Part shown: positions 1 through 12,605 of the stretch, in pieces
How the letters are laid out: every line of letters begins with the position of its first letter
Numbering within the stretch: the first letter of the stretch is position 1
NCBI GenBank assembly: GCA_049999805.1
Contig: JBNGIO010005881.1
Span: forward strand, 1 to 54,815
Source of the DNA: Folioceros fuciformis
Taxonomy: Eukaryota
Length of the DNA: 54,815 nt
Reading direction: 5' to 3'
Program-made: the position numbers and the translations under genes
Notes under the pieces: generated by a model
What the model saw: the letters and a program-made list of their open reading frames with translations, nothing else
Database searches by the model: none
What the model was told of the DNA's origin: nothing

Positions 1-114
1 CGACGTGTCATCCTAAATTGTGGATTGAAGAATCAGAACGAGGGTAACAAAATCTACATTGCATTTCAACAGTTTCTAACTAGCATTTTGCTTGATTTGC
101 GTCGATTTTGAAAC

Positions 115-3100
115 ATGGCGTCCTTAGAAAACGTCATGTTCAATATCGAGATGTTAGATGGTACTAACTTCCCATTTTGGAAAGAACACGTGTATAATGT
201 TCTAGTGCAGAAGAAGCAAATCAAGCCGATAAAGTTTCTAGGAGTGAAACCTGTTAGCATGACTCAGGATGAGTGGCAGGAGCTAGATGAGCTTGCTAGG
301 TCTACCATCATGCTAACATTGTCGAAGTCGGTCTACTTCAACGTGAAAGACAAGACCACAAGCTACGAGCTATGGCAGAAGTTGTGTGACTTGTACGAGA
401 AGCAAGGTGCGGCTTCTCAAGTGTACTGGTTGAAACAGCTGGTGAACTTGAAGATGAAGGAAGGGACGAGGATGTCCGATCATCTGAACGAGTTCAATAC
501 CATTTTCAGCCAGCTCTCATCTCAAGGTATCTCGTTTCCAGATTCCGTGAGAGCTATGTTTTTGTTGGTCACATCACCAGAGAGCTGGGACACCTTTCGT
601 ACAGCTCTGAGTAATTCCGCTCCTGCCAGTGGTCTTATCATTCTAAATGTAGAAGGTAGCCTATTAACGGAGGAGGTGAACAAGAAGAATATGGAACCTT
701 CGAAAGGTTCCAATGCCCTCATGGTGAGAGGAAGGTCCACTTTGAAGGGGAAGTACAAGGAGCGAAGTCGTTCCCGTAGTAAGTCTCGTAGTCGTAACAA
801 TGTTGAGTGTTACCATTGTCACAAGAAGGGTCACATCAAGAAGGACTGCGAGAAGTTCAAGAAGGACAAAGGAAAGGAGAAGAAGCAGAGCGACAACAAG
901 GCAAGCTCGAGTAGCAAGCCTGACGAGGTGAATTCTGTTGACGATGGAGATGTTCTTATCTCTTCTTCCTTCGATTCTGCACAACTGACAGCCGTGGAGA
1001 GTCACTTATTCTCTAACTGGATAATTGACTCTGGAGCATCTTTCCATGTTACTCCACATAGGGAGTGGTGTTAAGAGACCTACCAGGTCTTGGTAACCAC
1101 GTCATTAGATTAGGGTTGATAATATATTTACCATAATTAGCCTTGATTAATTAGCCCTAATATGAAGAGACACTTTACTTACGTATTTAAACATTTTTGT
1201 TAATTGTAATGTATTATTCTTTCGCCTACCATTGTTCTGATTTTCTCAAGCTCTCCGCTCTAGAAAACTGTAACAAGTGGTTTAGCACTTATGATGCTAC
1301 TAGGAAAGGATGTGTTTGGCTTGGAAATAACTACGCATGCGAGATTGCACGCGTTGGTGATGTGCAGTTGAAGTTCAACAACGGATCTTCACTCGTACTG
1401 AAGGATGTTAGGCATGTTCCGAAGTTGACCAAAAGCATGATTAGCGCAGGGCACTTGGATGATGCTAGCTACCATTGTTGGTTTGGAGATCGTTCTTGGA
1501 AGATCTCCAAACGTTCTCTTGTGTTAGCTCGTGGATCGAAGTGTGGCACTTTGTAATCACTTCAGGTAACCACTGTCAAGGATCATGTGATTTGTGTAAC
1601 GGAACAGCCAAGTGTTTCCTTGTGGCATAGTCGGTTAGAACATATGTCTCAAAAAGGAATGAAGATACTATCTCGTTTTGGTTACGTCCCTGCTTTTGAC
1701 TTCTCCGATTTCTCCGTGTGTGAGCACTGTCTGTATGGGAAAAAGACAAAGTCACCACATGGAGCAAGAGGTAAACACAAAAGTAAACCTCTTGAGGTGG
1801 TTCACAGTGACGTTTGCGGACCTATTCCCACTGTATCGTTAGGCGGTGCATCCTATTTGTCACTTTCATAGATGATTTCTCACGCAAGGTGTGGGTTTAT
1901 CCTTTGAGAAAAAATGATGATAATCTGATAGTGTTTCAGGAGTTCGTCACCCTTGTGGAGAATCAGTCTGGCCTGTGACTGAAATGTCTAAGAACAGACA
2001 ATGGGGGAGAGTATGTTTTGAAGGCTTTCCAGTCATTCTATGATTCCAAGGGAATCAGGAGATAATTAACTGCCATGTACACTCCTCCCCAGAATGGTGT
2101 GGCTGAACAAATGAACAGGACCATCCAGGAGAGGATACGTAGTTTATTGTCAAACTCTGGATTGCCTAACGGATTTTGGGCAGAAGCAGTGGTTACTGCG
2201 GTGCATCTTATTAACAAATCTCCTAATAGGGCTGTGGATGAACAGGTTCCAGAGGAGATGTGGTTTGGAAAGAAGCCGTCATACAAGCATCTACGAGTGT
2301 TTGGCTGTGAGGCATACTACCATGTTCCTAAGGAGTTTCGGGACAAGTTGGCACCCAAGTCCAAGAAATGTATTTTTCTTGGCTATGGTGAATTTGGTGA
2401 GATGGGATACCGTTTGTGGGATCCAGAGGCCAAGAGGATGGTTCATAGCAATGATGTGTTCTTCAATTAGATCAAGATGCACAAGAAGCCTACTCCAACT
2501 ATGGAGGTGCGACGGGTGGTCTTCCAAGAAGATGGACTTGACCGTCCTGTGCAGGTTGAACGTCATGATGTGCAGGAACAAGTTCCTACACTTGTACAAG
2601 AGGAGAGAGTGCAACCAGCTCCGGTGGAGGCGCCAGTGCTTCATAGGTCAGGAAGGATCTCACGTCGTCGTGACAGGTATGTTGCATCTCTTGATTATGT
2701 CATGCTGACGGATTGTGGTTTAGGGTTTCTCCCACTTGTCCATGTCAGTGACTGACAAGGACAAGTGGGAGAAGGCGATGCAGTCGCAGATGGATTCGCT
2801 CCACAAGAACCAAACTTGGGAGTTGGTTCGGTTGCCTAAGGGGAAGAAGGCGTTGCCATGCAAATGGGTGTATAAGATGAAGGACATACCCCATTATGGC
2901 AAACCCAAGTACAAAGCACGATTGGTTATGAAGGGTTATAAGCAACAGCAAGGTATTGACTTTGATGAGATTTTCTCACCGGTTGTCAAAATGACCACCT
3001 TGCGATGTGTTCTTGGTCTGGTTGCAAGGCTCGACATGGAACTTGTCCATATGGATGTGAAGTCGGCATTTTTGCATGGTGATCTCTAGGAAGAGGTATA

Positions 3101-4270
3101 CATGCAGCAACTAGAGGGTTTCATTGAGAAGGGCAAAGAGAATCTAGTGTGCAGGTTGAAGAAGAGCCTTTATGGTTTGAAGTAGGCACCAGGGAGTGGT
3201 ATTTCAAGTTCCACTCATTTATGCTTTCTCAAGGCTACAAGCGTAGCGATGAGGATCATTGCCTCTATACAAGGCAAGCTAAGGATGGAAGCTTGCTCAT
3301 TCTGGTCCTCTATGTGGATGATATGCTAATTGCTGGGACTAACAATAATGAGATTTCACCATTGAAGTCAAAGTTGAATGGTTGCTTTGACATGACAGAC
3401 TTGGGAGAGGCAAGCCATATTCTTGGCATGCGTATTCGTCGAGACAAACAGAAGCGTTTGTTGTACTTGTCTCAGACTGAACACATTAACAAGGTGCTTC
3501 AACGTTTCAATATGGAGAAGGGGAAGGTCTTAAGTACTTCGTTGCCTCCATATGTGAAACTTTCGAGCAAGGATTGCCTAAGTTCTATGGAGGATAAAGC
3601 TGAAATGGAGAAGGTTCTACACTCATCAGCTGTAGGGAGTTTGATGTATGCAATGATTGCTACACGTCCTGACATTGCTTTTGTAGTGGGAGTGGTTAGC
3701 AGGTTTATGTCAAACCCTGGCAAGAAGCATTGGGAGGTAGTGAAAGGAGTTATGAGGTACTTGAATGGTACACAAGCTTTGTGCATATGTTTTGGTAGTG
3801 AAGATGCATCTGTCGTGGGATATACGGATGTTGATTATGCAAGGGATATGGACAAAAGGAGGTCCACATCATGTTATGTCTTCATGTGCACTGGAGGGGC
3901 AGTTTCATGGCGATCTCGTTTGCAATCGTGCATAACGCTATCTACCACAGAGGCCGAGTATGTTGCAGCGACTAAGGCATGCAAGGAAGCCATGTGGCTT
4001 GCTCGTCTAGTGCGAGATTTGGGGATCAAGGTTGAGCTGCCAGTGTTGCATTGTGATAGCCAGAGTGCTATCCAATTGGCCAAGAATCTAGTGTTTCATG
4101 CGAAGACCAAACATGTGGAAGTGAAGTATCACTTCATTCAAGAGGTGTTGGAAGACAAGAGGGTACAGCTTGTCAAAGTTCACACCAGGCAGAACCCTAT
4201 AGATGTTCTTACCAAGGGACTCTCTACGAAGCAATTTGCACAAGCTCGGACACTCATGGGCATGAGGTAG
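115..4270 (+). pseudogene. copia gag-pol polyprotein remnant (element A)
   Basis: ORF fragments 115-1074, 1276-1556, 1587-1871, 2075-2470, 2736-3089 and 3149-4270 are colinear pieces of one gag-pol. Confidence 0.93.
1069..1275. mobile_element. 207-bp solo LTR inserted in the protease region of element A
   Basis: Begins TGTTA and ends TAACA; perfect 5-bp TSD AGTGG (1064-1068, 1276-1280); removal restores VTPHREW-FSTYDA. Confidence 0.9.
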
Positions 4271-4310
4271 ACCACTCTCCTATAAAGGTAAATTGGCCTT
4301 TAAGTGGGAG

Positions 4311-4610
4311 GTTTTAGGTTTATTAAAGCCCAATGTGCTTAGACTAATGTGTTTAGTTTAATATTAGTGTCTAGTTAAGTATCATTAGTTTAGTTTAGCT
4401 TAAGCTAATCTGTAGGAAGCTTCTTGTGCACCTTCCTATGGGCTTCTCGTGAAGCTTCCTAGGGAGCTCTTCTAGAGGGTATAAATACCCCCTTGAGCTC
4501 CCTTGTATTGTGAGACTCTATTGTGAGAGAGTGTGACCTCTCTTTCTCCTCTCCTCCTTGCCTCCTCCTCTCCTCTCCTCTTTCACCATGCTCCTCTAGC
4601 GATCCTTTCA
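4311..4610 (+). repeat. 3' LTR of copia A (boundaries approximate)
   Basis: Follows the PPT; TATAAATA at about 4480; CT-rich tract; ends ...tttca; the 5' TG appears mutated. Confidence 0.6.
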
Positions 4611-4636
4611 GTATGCACATGTGGCTAGTGCCTTCC

Positions 4637-6500
4637 ATGGCGGCTGCCATCATCAAACGGGCTTACCTTTTACATCCGCTCTTCAGCACTCAACGACAAA
4701 TTGCCTACCTCAGCTCTCGCGGAGAATCAAAAGGAAGGGACAAGACTCACTAGAGGACAAAGTGCTTCTTGCAAAAGGAGTGTATGCCTTATATAGGCAA
4801 AAGTCGAAGGCCAAGGAGTGTTGATCTTTTCTCGATGTGTGTAGGAGTCCTTGGCTCTCGGCATTTCCAGGAAAGGCACTTGCCTATATAAGACGGCCAG
4901 GACGACCAAGACCACTCGTGTTGGGCAGAATGACAAAAATTGTTAGAGGGGAGGAGAAGGCAACAGCTCCGCTATCCCTATTCCGACCTTCACTTGTTTT
5001 GGAGGACAACTAAACCCTTGGGACCTCCTAGGGAAGGCAACATCCAGTTGTAGTAGATTTATGGGTGCCATTGGGCCTTTTCTCACCAAGAGCTGATGGC
5101 AAAGTGTTACAGGAACTTGCAGCAAACGGATGAGCAGTTGGCAGCCCTAACTGATCGGAATGCCAAGAGAGACCCTTGGTATGGGACAATCAAGAGCATT
5201 AATCAGGTCTACGGAAGGCCTAAATCAAAAAGTGATGGTATTAGTTCGGCAGGCAAAACCACAAATGGTAGAAGGTCTTCGACACCTTCCCTACCAGATG
5301 GAGCAATGGACATGTTGATTGGGGGATTGCGGGCTAAGACCAAGAATGGCTGGAGGACGGATCAAATCATGGACCATAAGTGGAAGCTTTTTACCAAAAT
5401 TGTCTTGGGTCTTGTTAATTATCAACGCACTTCTCATTTCAGCAATGGTTTCTTGCATTTTCTTTGGAGAGTGACTCAAGGGGAGAAACCAGATTCGGGA
5501 CTGATCATGTATGAAGCCTACACCTACCGTAGGGAGAAGCTACCACGACCTAATTCTGCAGATGAAGGAGAAGCTCGACCCTATTATTTGACCCCTTATC
5601 TGGTGCACCTCTGGTCTACTGAAGGGCTGTTGACAGATGATGGATGCAGATGCAGAAAGATCATTTGCAGTCATTACCCTGGGAGATGTGGAACCTACAG
5701 ATCAAGAGGAATAGGAAACGCAACCTACCATGCCAGTACCGAACTCATCCTACGACGCAAGTAGGGAAGAAGGAGGACCAGTGCCTCTCACGAGCAAAAG
5801 GAGGGGGAAGTCCCCGGTGTTAGGAAGGGAGCGAATGATTGAGATTCCTCATGTCACTCTAGCAAGGAAAGAAGCAGCCCCTCCGAAAGGAAGTCTAGCA
5901 AAGATGGAGCCACATCTACAAGAGAACCCAACCCTTGAAGAGTGCCCACCCCAAGAGGAGAAAGACAAGAAGCAAGAGAAAAAGGATCCCTTGTATGAAA
6001 TGCTGAAGTGTTGTGCAAGGATCAGCAAGATTGATTGGCAGGAAGCAAGGAAGACATTAGAAGACCAGAAGATGGAAGGGAAGGAAGAAGCCAACTATTT
6101 GCACACATTCCTCAGCGATTGGGAGATGGAATGAGAAGATTTTAGGCAAGTTAACCATCAATAGGAAGACCTATTGATTCAAATGCGTGCCCAAATCACT
6201 GAGTTGAAGCACTTATAGGCCATTACTCAATTTGAACTGCTGGAAGCATGCCAGGAAGTTGTGGGTTTGGAATAGAAGAGGTAGTAGGATGAGGCTACGC
6301 TACGAGAGAGGGTGTCACTACTATAAAATCTGGAGGCTCAGCTGGAAGGGCGCAAGAATGAAATCAAGAGCGCCCCGATTAATTGAAGAATAGTCTCACC
6401 CTCGGCAGGAGAGGAAGAGGGATCAAATGCGATTTGAGGAGGTGGAGCAGTAGAAGGAGAACTTGGAACTTCAACATGCCTCCCATATTCACAAGATGTT
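4637..6500 (+). pseudogene. Decayed accessory ORF, probably from a Ty3/gypsy element (globular N-part plus coiled-coil C-part)
   Basis: ORFs 5096-5764 and 5730-6134 plus flanking stop-interrupted frames; a homologous fragment at 14927-15200 (-) lies directly before a PPT and LTR. Confidence 0.5.
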
Positions 6501-7047
6501 GGTTGTCACGAACCGTAGGTTCTGAGTGGACTACTGTCATGAAAGACAAGCAGCACAAGGTGGGACATACTCAGGACAGTCCCAGCGACGAGTATACTCG
6601 GGACATACTCGGGTCTGTCCCACCTACAATTGAGTGGCGAACAACTCGAGGTAAGGAAGAGTATTTACTGAATGAAAGGAGCATATGGACACAATATTCT
6701 AGAATGGATATTTGCAGAATATGCTAGTATAGAAATTCCTTATTTTTAGGACATAAGTGATCAACTCATTATCAACCAAGTAGACATGCTAAATAAGCAT
6801 GTTAGTTGCAAACCCTAAGTTAGAGGACCGGTTGACGAAACCCCGCTGCAGGCTAGTAAGGCAAGCTGCAAAACTGTGGGAGAAGGGCACCAAGGGTGGA
6901 TGCATTGCAGAATGATGGAAATGGCTAGGCACAAATGGCTGAGAGGTGTGCAAACGTGGCTGGAAAGCGCGCTTGAAGATGGAGCAAAGATAAGTGGAGG
7001 ATTAGGGCTGTTACAGGCAATTGTTGAAGTTGCGCCTGTTAAGTATA

Positions 7048-10000
7048 TGTAATCCAACACTCGCTTGGGTTTAGTTATATTAGGGCCAAATAGCCCAAGG
7101 GGTACGACTCTTAGGTGACTAGTTATATAGAAACCTTTTGACCGTATGTTTTATTATTCGTACTTTTGATTATTACACTTTTGCTATCCCATATGAGTCT
7201 TCTCTACTCCTCTAGAAATGCACATGGTATCAGAGCCATGCTCTACAATTCACTAAAATCCTTGAAGAATGCCGAGGCAGGGTGGATTGCCTAAGCGGCA
7301 TCATTGGGCTGGACCTCCAACACAACAACTCCGTGGAGGCCCCTTGACACGACAAACGGCAGCTGTGCCGATAGACACTCTGCTAGACCTCTACGACCAA
7401 AACTACCCTGCCATCTAGCTACAACGATTTGTGGCGCAATGCAGTTCACAGCTTAGATCAGCCCATTCTCTACAGAGCAATCAACAAGTGGATCATCTCT
7501 ACAGAGAACGTTGTGAAAGGAGAGGACAGAATTTAGAGGACTACTTCTTCAAACCGCGGCCTGAGGCTTTTCCCTCCTCTCCTCCACAATTACAAGCCCA
7601 ACTGGATCAGATTCTTGATAATCAGTGGCACATCGAGCTGAGGATTGAGGAACAATATCAGTGTTTTCTCATGGTTGTTCACTATAGGGATGTAGTGATA
7701 TGAGCTCACCTACAAGATATAACAGATTTGACAACCAATCTTGGATCACAATCAATTCAGGACAGACTGCCCCAATCTTCGAAGCGCGGTGGTTGTCGGC
7801 ATCCAATCCTCTGACTCCGCCGCGTTGAGGGAGGTAGGAGACTCCAAGCATAGCATTCCCTTGGAAGCGTCACACGTCGCGCTGCCATGTGGTCGCCTTG
7901 CGACCTTTGCGGGAGGAAACGGCGACCGACCTTTGTTCCTCTCCTTCCACACAAGCTATGAAGAGGCGCACTTGTACCTATTGGACATGAGGAGCCAACC
8001 GCCAACTTTGTGAGAGCAGGTCAAGAAATAAAGGACTACTAACCCTAATGTTGCCTTTTTCCTGACCACGTCTTGGCTTTATTATCTAACATGTTTGAAT
8101 GAGGGAGGAAGAACCACTGAGTGTGGCACAAGCAAGCTCACATGCCTCTGCATGTCCTCTGCCTATGCTTCATTGAGTGTACCCTTCCCCCCTGTACGCA
8201 GGATGTTAGATATAACTCTTCATGATAGACCTGCATGTTTATAAATCAATTTGTAAGCCAATTTAACTCCCTGTCACTTAACAACGCAGTAGTTATGGCT
8301 ACCAGCAGTGCACACACCACATCCTCTTCAAGCCCCGTCTTCATAGACCATATAAAAGAGAAAGACTGATTCAATGGCTTACAGTACCCTATCTGTTGTG
8401 TTCACATGAAGTCCACCCTCATTGGTAGAGGTGTCTGGAAGGTTGTGGATAAGACTCTCCCCAAACCTGACTCAACAGCTAACCCAGCTCCCTTGGCCGT
8501 AGACATCGAGAAGTGGGACAACCTTAATGGTATAGCTATAGCACTTCTTATCAGTGGCCTGCATTCCTCCTTGGTCCCTAGCATTGAGTTCCTAACAGAA
8601 GATCACGCAATATGGGATCAGCTGTCTAACACATATAATGTGAACGATGTGCTTACCATTTATAATGCTAGACAGGAATTTAATGCTCTTCGCATGAGAG
8701 AAGGTGAAACAATAGCAGCCCATACCTCTAAGTTTCGCCACCTGAGGGGGCAGTTAGAATTGCTTGGCTCCAAAATGTCAGAAGTGGATGCTGCAGCTCA
8801 GCGTTTGATGAGCCTACCCCCCTCATATCAGAACTTTGTCACCAACCTTATGCTAGTTTCTAGTAAGGCAGGACAGTCAGCATTTGCTTCCACTCTTACA
8901 GTGGAGGAGATAATTGGGGCTCTCTACCAGCAAGAGCAGAGTCGCTTAAATGCTGGCGAGATCCCCAAGTCCAAGATAGAGAAAGCACTAGTTGCTAAAT
9001 ACAAACCCTATAGGAACAAGGGAAAAGCATCAACTGGAGGCTCCAAGAGTGAGTCAAGCTTTGCTTCTTCCCGTTGTACAGGAAATTGTAACTGGTGTGG
9101 AGTTGCTGGCCATTGGGCATGTGAGTGTCACAAGAAGAAGGCTAACAAACCCCAAAAATCAGGCCTGCGACAATCAGCCAATGTAGGTATTAAGGACAAG
9201 AGTCCAACTGAGAATACCAAAACGGTGAAGATTCTAACAGTCTACTTAGCTAGTCAATTGCAGCAAGACAAGGGGTGGTACCTTGATAGTGGAGCCACCG
9301 CCCATATCTGTAATGATAAAGCACAATTCTACAGGTTGGACCTTCGTCCAGTTAAGGAAAGAGTGCTGCTGGGAGATGAGCAGAATCAAACCAGTTTGCC
9401 TATACAACGCCTTGGGATCTGTAAATTTCCCTTGCAAGATGGTTCCACTCTCACTCTGGATCATGTCCTCTACGTTCCACAGATGGGTAAGAATCTCATG
9501 TCCATGAGTAAGTTGATGTAGCAAGGCACCTTTGAGATCTTTGTCTCAGCAGGAGATTGTTGTTTCTTCAGGCCAGAGCTTCCTGGTCATTGTGTCTTCA
9601 AAAGTGTCCCTCAGGATGACCTGTACAGACTTTCCATCATAGGAAGTCTAGATGCCGTTGCACTCTCCACAGGACCACGTGCTATGAAGCCAGAAACATT
9701 AGCTTCCCTTTGGCATGCACGATTAGGTCATGTCAACAGAAACAAGCTTATTGACATGTCTTCTAAAGATTGCTATAGAGAGCCCTTACCTAAGTGTTTC
9801 AAGAACCTCCCTGCTTGTGAGTCTTGTGTACTTGCCAAGCAAAAGGAGCTCCCATTTCCCAAACATGCACATAGGGCAGATACAACATTGGCATTAGTTC
9901 ATGCTGATATTTCTGGCAAGATCCACAAGCCATCACTCGGTAAATCACTCTACTACCTCACCCTAACGGATGACTTTAGTAGATATTCATGGACCTATCC

Positions 10001-10426
10001 AATGCACCTTAAAAGTGACACCTTCACCTACTTTAAGGACAGGTTAATTACTATAGCGAGGTAGTTGGGCAATCTCCTTAATATACTAAGGACTGACAAC
10101 GGCACATAATTTATCAATCATGCTTTTGATGATTTCCTACAAGAGAGAGGTATTGAGAGGCAGCTCATCGTGCCGTACACTCAGCAACAGAATGGTGTAG
10201 CTGAAAGGAAAAACCAAACTCTGTTAGAAATGACTCGAAGCATGCTATTATGGTCAAGTCTGACACAAGGCTATTGGGCAGAAGCTGTGGTTGCTGCAAC
10301 TTATATACTGAATAGAGTGGTCACCAGTTCCCTACCAGGCAAGACTCCATATGAGGTCTTCTGGAAAAGAAAGCTCAGCATCTTACACTTGCGCGTCTTT
10401 GGATCTAGGGCATATGCCTACATTTC
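7048..10426 (+). mobile_element. Ty1/copia element B, 5' half; runs into an assembly gap; LTR start uncertain
   Basis: PBS at 7225; extra ORF from ATG 7269; Gag from about 8295 with CNWCGVAGHWACEC; protease WYLDSGATAH; integrase WHARLGH...CESC, HADISG, QQNGVAER. Confidence 0.9.
7225..7237 (+). promoter_or_regulatory. Primer binding site (tRNA-iMet) of copia B
   Basis: TGGTATCAGAGCC immediately after LTR-like end ...caca (7221-7224). Confidence 0.9.
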
Positions 10427-10526
10427 NNNNNNNNNNNNNNNNNNNNNNNNNNNNNNNNNNNNNNNNNNNNNNNNNNNNNNNNNNNNNNNNNNNNNNNNNN
10501 NNNNNNNNNNNNNNNNNNNNNNNNNN
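10427..10526. other. assembly gap (100 N)
   Basis: N run. Confidence 1.
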
Positions 10527-11128
10527 GGTCTAGCTGGCTGACATGGTTGCATGCTTGACTAAACGGTCATGAGGGCCACGCCCTAGGTGGGGTAGGACTG
10601 CAGCAGCTCCCATCCTCATTCCTCTCCCTTCCTTCCTCCCTTCTACTTTTTCTTCCCTACTTCCTCTTTTCTGTCTTCCTTCTCAATCTCTTTGTCCCGT
10701 TCCTCCCTTGGATCCAAGCTGCAGGCAGGTCCCTTGAGAGTTGGGATTGAATGTGCTGCAAGAGTGGTATGGGCCGGGAAGTAGGGTAAGGCACATCGTC
10801 CGGGGTACCAGGCTGCAGACTTAATGGGATCCACTCACCCTTACGATGCAGGAAGCTAGCTGCTGCGGGATTCGGCCAAGCTAATAGGATTGGGGTGCGC
10901 ATCGCGGATTTCAGGACCCCAAGCTGCTGATCAGCTAGGTGCGCTGTAGGCAGGGGGGAAGTGAGCCGCAAACGTCTTCAGGCCGGATTACAAAAGATTA
11001 GGGTGTCTTGCCCTAGCGATTCCAGCCTCCAGTTCGCCCGCCGGCAACATTCCCATCCCATTTCCCCATCCTGATTTCCCGATTTCCAGCTTGGGACCTA
11101 CAGGCTAGCTAGGCGGCGCGTCGACGCT

Positions 11129-11528
11129 NNNNNNNNNNNNNNNNNNNNNNNNNNNNNNNNNNNNNNNNNNNNNNNNNNNNNNNNNNNNNNNNNNNNNNNN
11201 NNNNNNNNNNNNNNNNNNNNNNNNNNNNNNNNNNNNNNNNNNNNNNNNNNNNNNNNNNNNNNNNNNNNNNNNNNNNNNNNNNNNNNNNNNNNNNNNNNNN
11301 NNNNNNNNNNNNNNNNNNNNNNNNNNNNNNNNNNNNNNNNNNNNNNNNNNNNNNNNNNNNNNNNNNNNNNNNNNNNNNNNNNNNNNNNNNNNNNNNNNNN
11401 NNNNNNNNNNNNNNNNNNNNNNNNNNNNNNNNNNNNNNNNNNNNNNNNNNNNNNNNNNNNNNNNNNNNNNNNNNNNNNNNNNNNNNNNNNNNNNNNNNNN
11501 NNNNNNNNNNNNNNNNNNNNNNNNNNNN
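11129..11528. other. assembly gap (400 N)
   Basis: N run. Confidence 1.
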
Positions 11529-12605
11529 TCCTTCCCCAGACAGTTCGGGAACTGTCCCAGCACCTTGGGATTATTTTTCCAAGGCTGAGGAACCGTTTCG
11601 GCTAAAAGCCAATTCTGCTAAATAAGCTATTGATTTCAGGCCCGGTTTCGACGGCTGATCACACTTCTTCTCACCTCTTCCTTTTCTTCTCCCACTGCTC
11701 GTACTCCTCCCATGGAGGTAGGCTCAGCTACCAAGGGGAACAGTTGCAGGGGAAGGCCTTGCGGGCAACCATCTAGCAAGAAAGAGGCGGCGTCCGCAAG
11801 ATCTTTGAAGATCATGCATCCTTCAAGGTCTTAGAATAGTTTGATAGGCGGTGAATACTTGTGGTGGTAGGGCTAGCTGATCAATATTGGGGCGGGACGT
11901 GCTAGGAAAGTCTAAATAAGTGGCTGGTGACAGCCGGCTAGGCTAGTTGTCTTATTAAAATAATAATTGTCAAGCTAGAGAGAGGTGAGGTAAGAGAGAG
12001 AGAAGCTCCTATAAGATTGAGTGAGCCCGTAGAAGGCAGATTGTCACTTTACGATCTCTCTCGGGCTGTCCCTATTTGGATATAGTAGTGTGTGCCGACT
12101 GGGCATGTGTGCAACATTTGGTAAAGCTTTTAAAAGTGGTGGCCAGGGTTAAGGGCTGGGTCCCTTTAATTCTTGATCATGCTCTCCGTGTCGTGCCCCA
12201 TGATCTGTCATTCTTGTTTCCTCACAAGGCTGGAGTGAGTGCCGACCATGCTTGCATGGTGTCTGGTAGGATCGTCGGTAGCGGCATGCTCTTCTTTGGA
12301 GTTAGTCTAGTGACTCTTGCCGAGTGGGGGAGTCCAACCAACTTGAGATGAGTGCGGGGTAGTGGTGTTGTTGTTGGTTGCTGGTGCTGATGCTGGAGTG
12401 AGTGAGTGAGTGAGGGAAGTCGCAGATCTGAGAGGTTAATGTCGTTGTAGTGTTTGGAGTGAATTTATGGGTGCTGAGAGAGGTGTAGTCGACCGCTGGA
12501 CAGCGAGGACTATCCCATGATTGATCAAAGCTGGAGGGGAGCCCTTGAATCCGTCATCGAGTTGATTGAGTCTCAATCCTCAATCTATAGTAGCGAGGAA
12601 CCCCA

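Larger units (their letters stand above)
115..4610 (+). mobile_element. Ty1/copia LTR retrotransposon A, decayed; 5' LTR lies outside the window
   Basis: Copia domain order: Gag with CCHC knuckle (CYHCHKKGHIKKDC), protease (WIIDSGASFH), integrase (HSDVCGP, PQNGVAE), RT (CKWVYK, YVDDML), RNase H (CDSQSAI). Several stops and frameshifts. PPT aagtgggag at about 4302-4310 is followed by an LTR-like segment. Confidence 0.95.

Noticed and set aside
6504-7047. TGTCACG start as the 5' LTR boundary of copia B
   Set aside because: No partner LTR or TSD is visible, so it cannot be distinguished from a separate LTR fragment
10657-10971. 104-aa minus-strand ORF between the gaps
   Set aside because: No recognisable family; flanked by gaps, so it cannot be assigned
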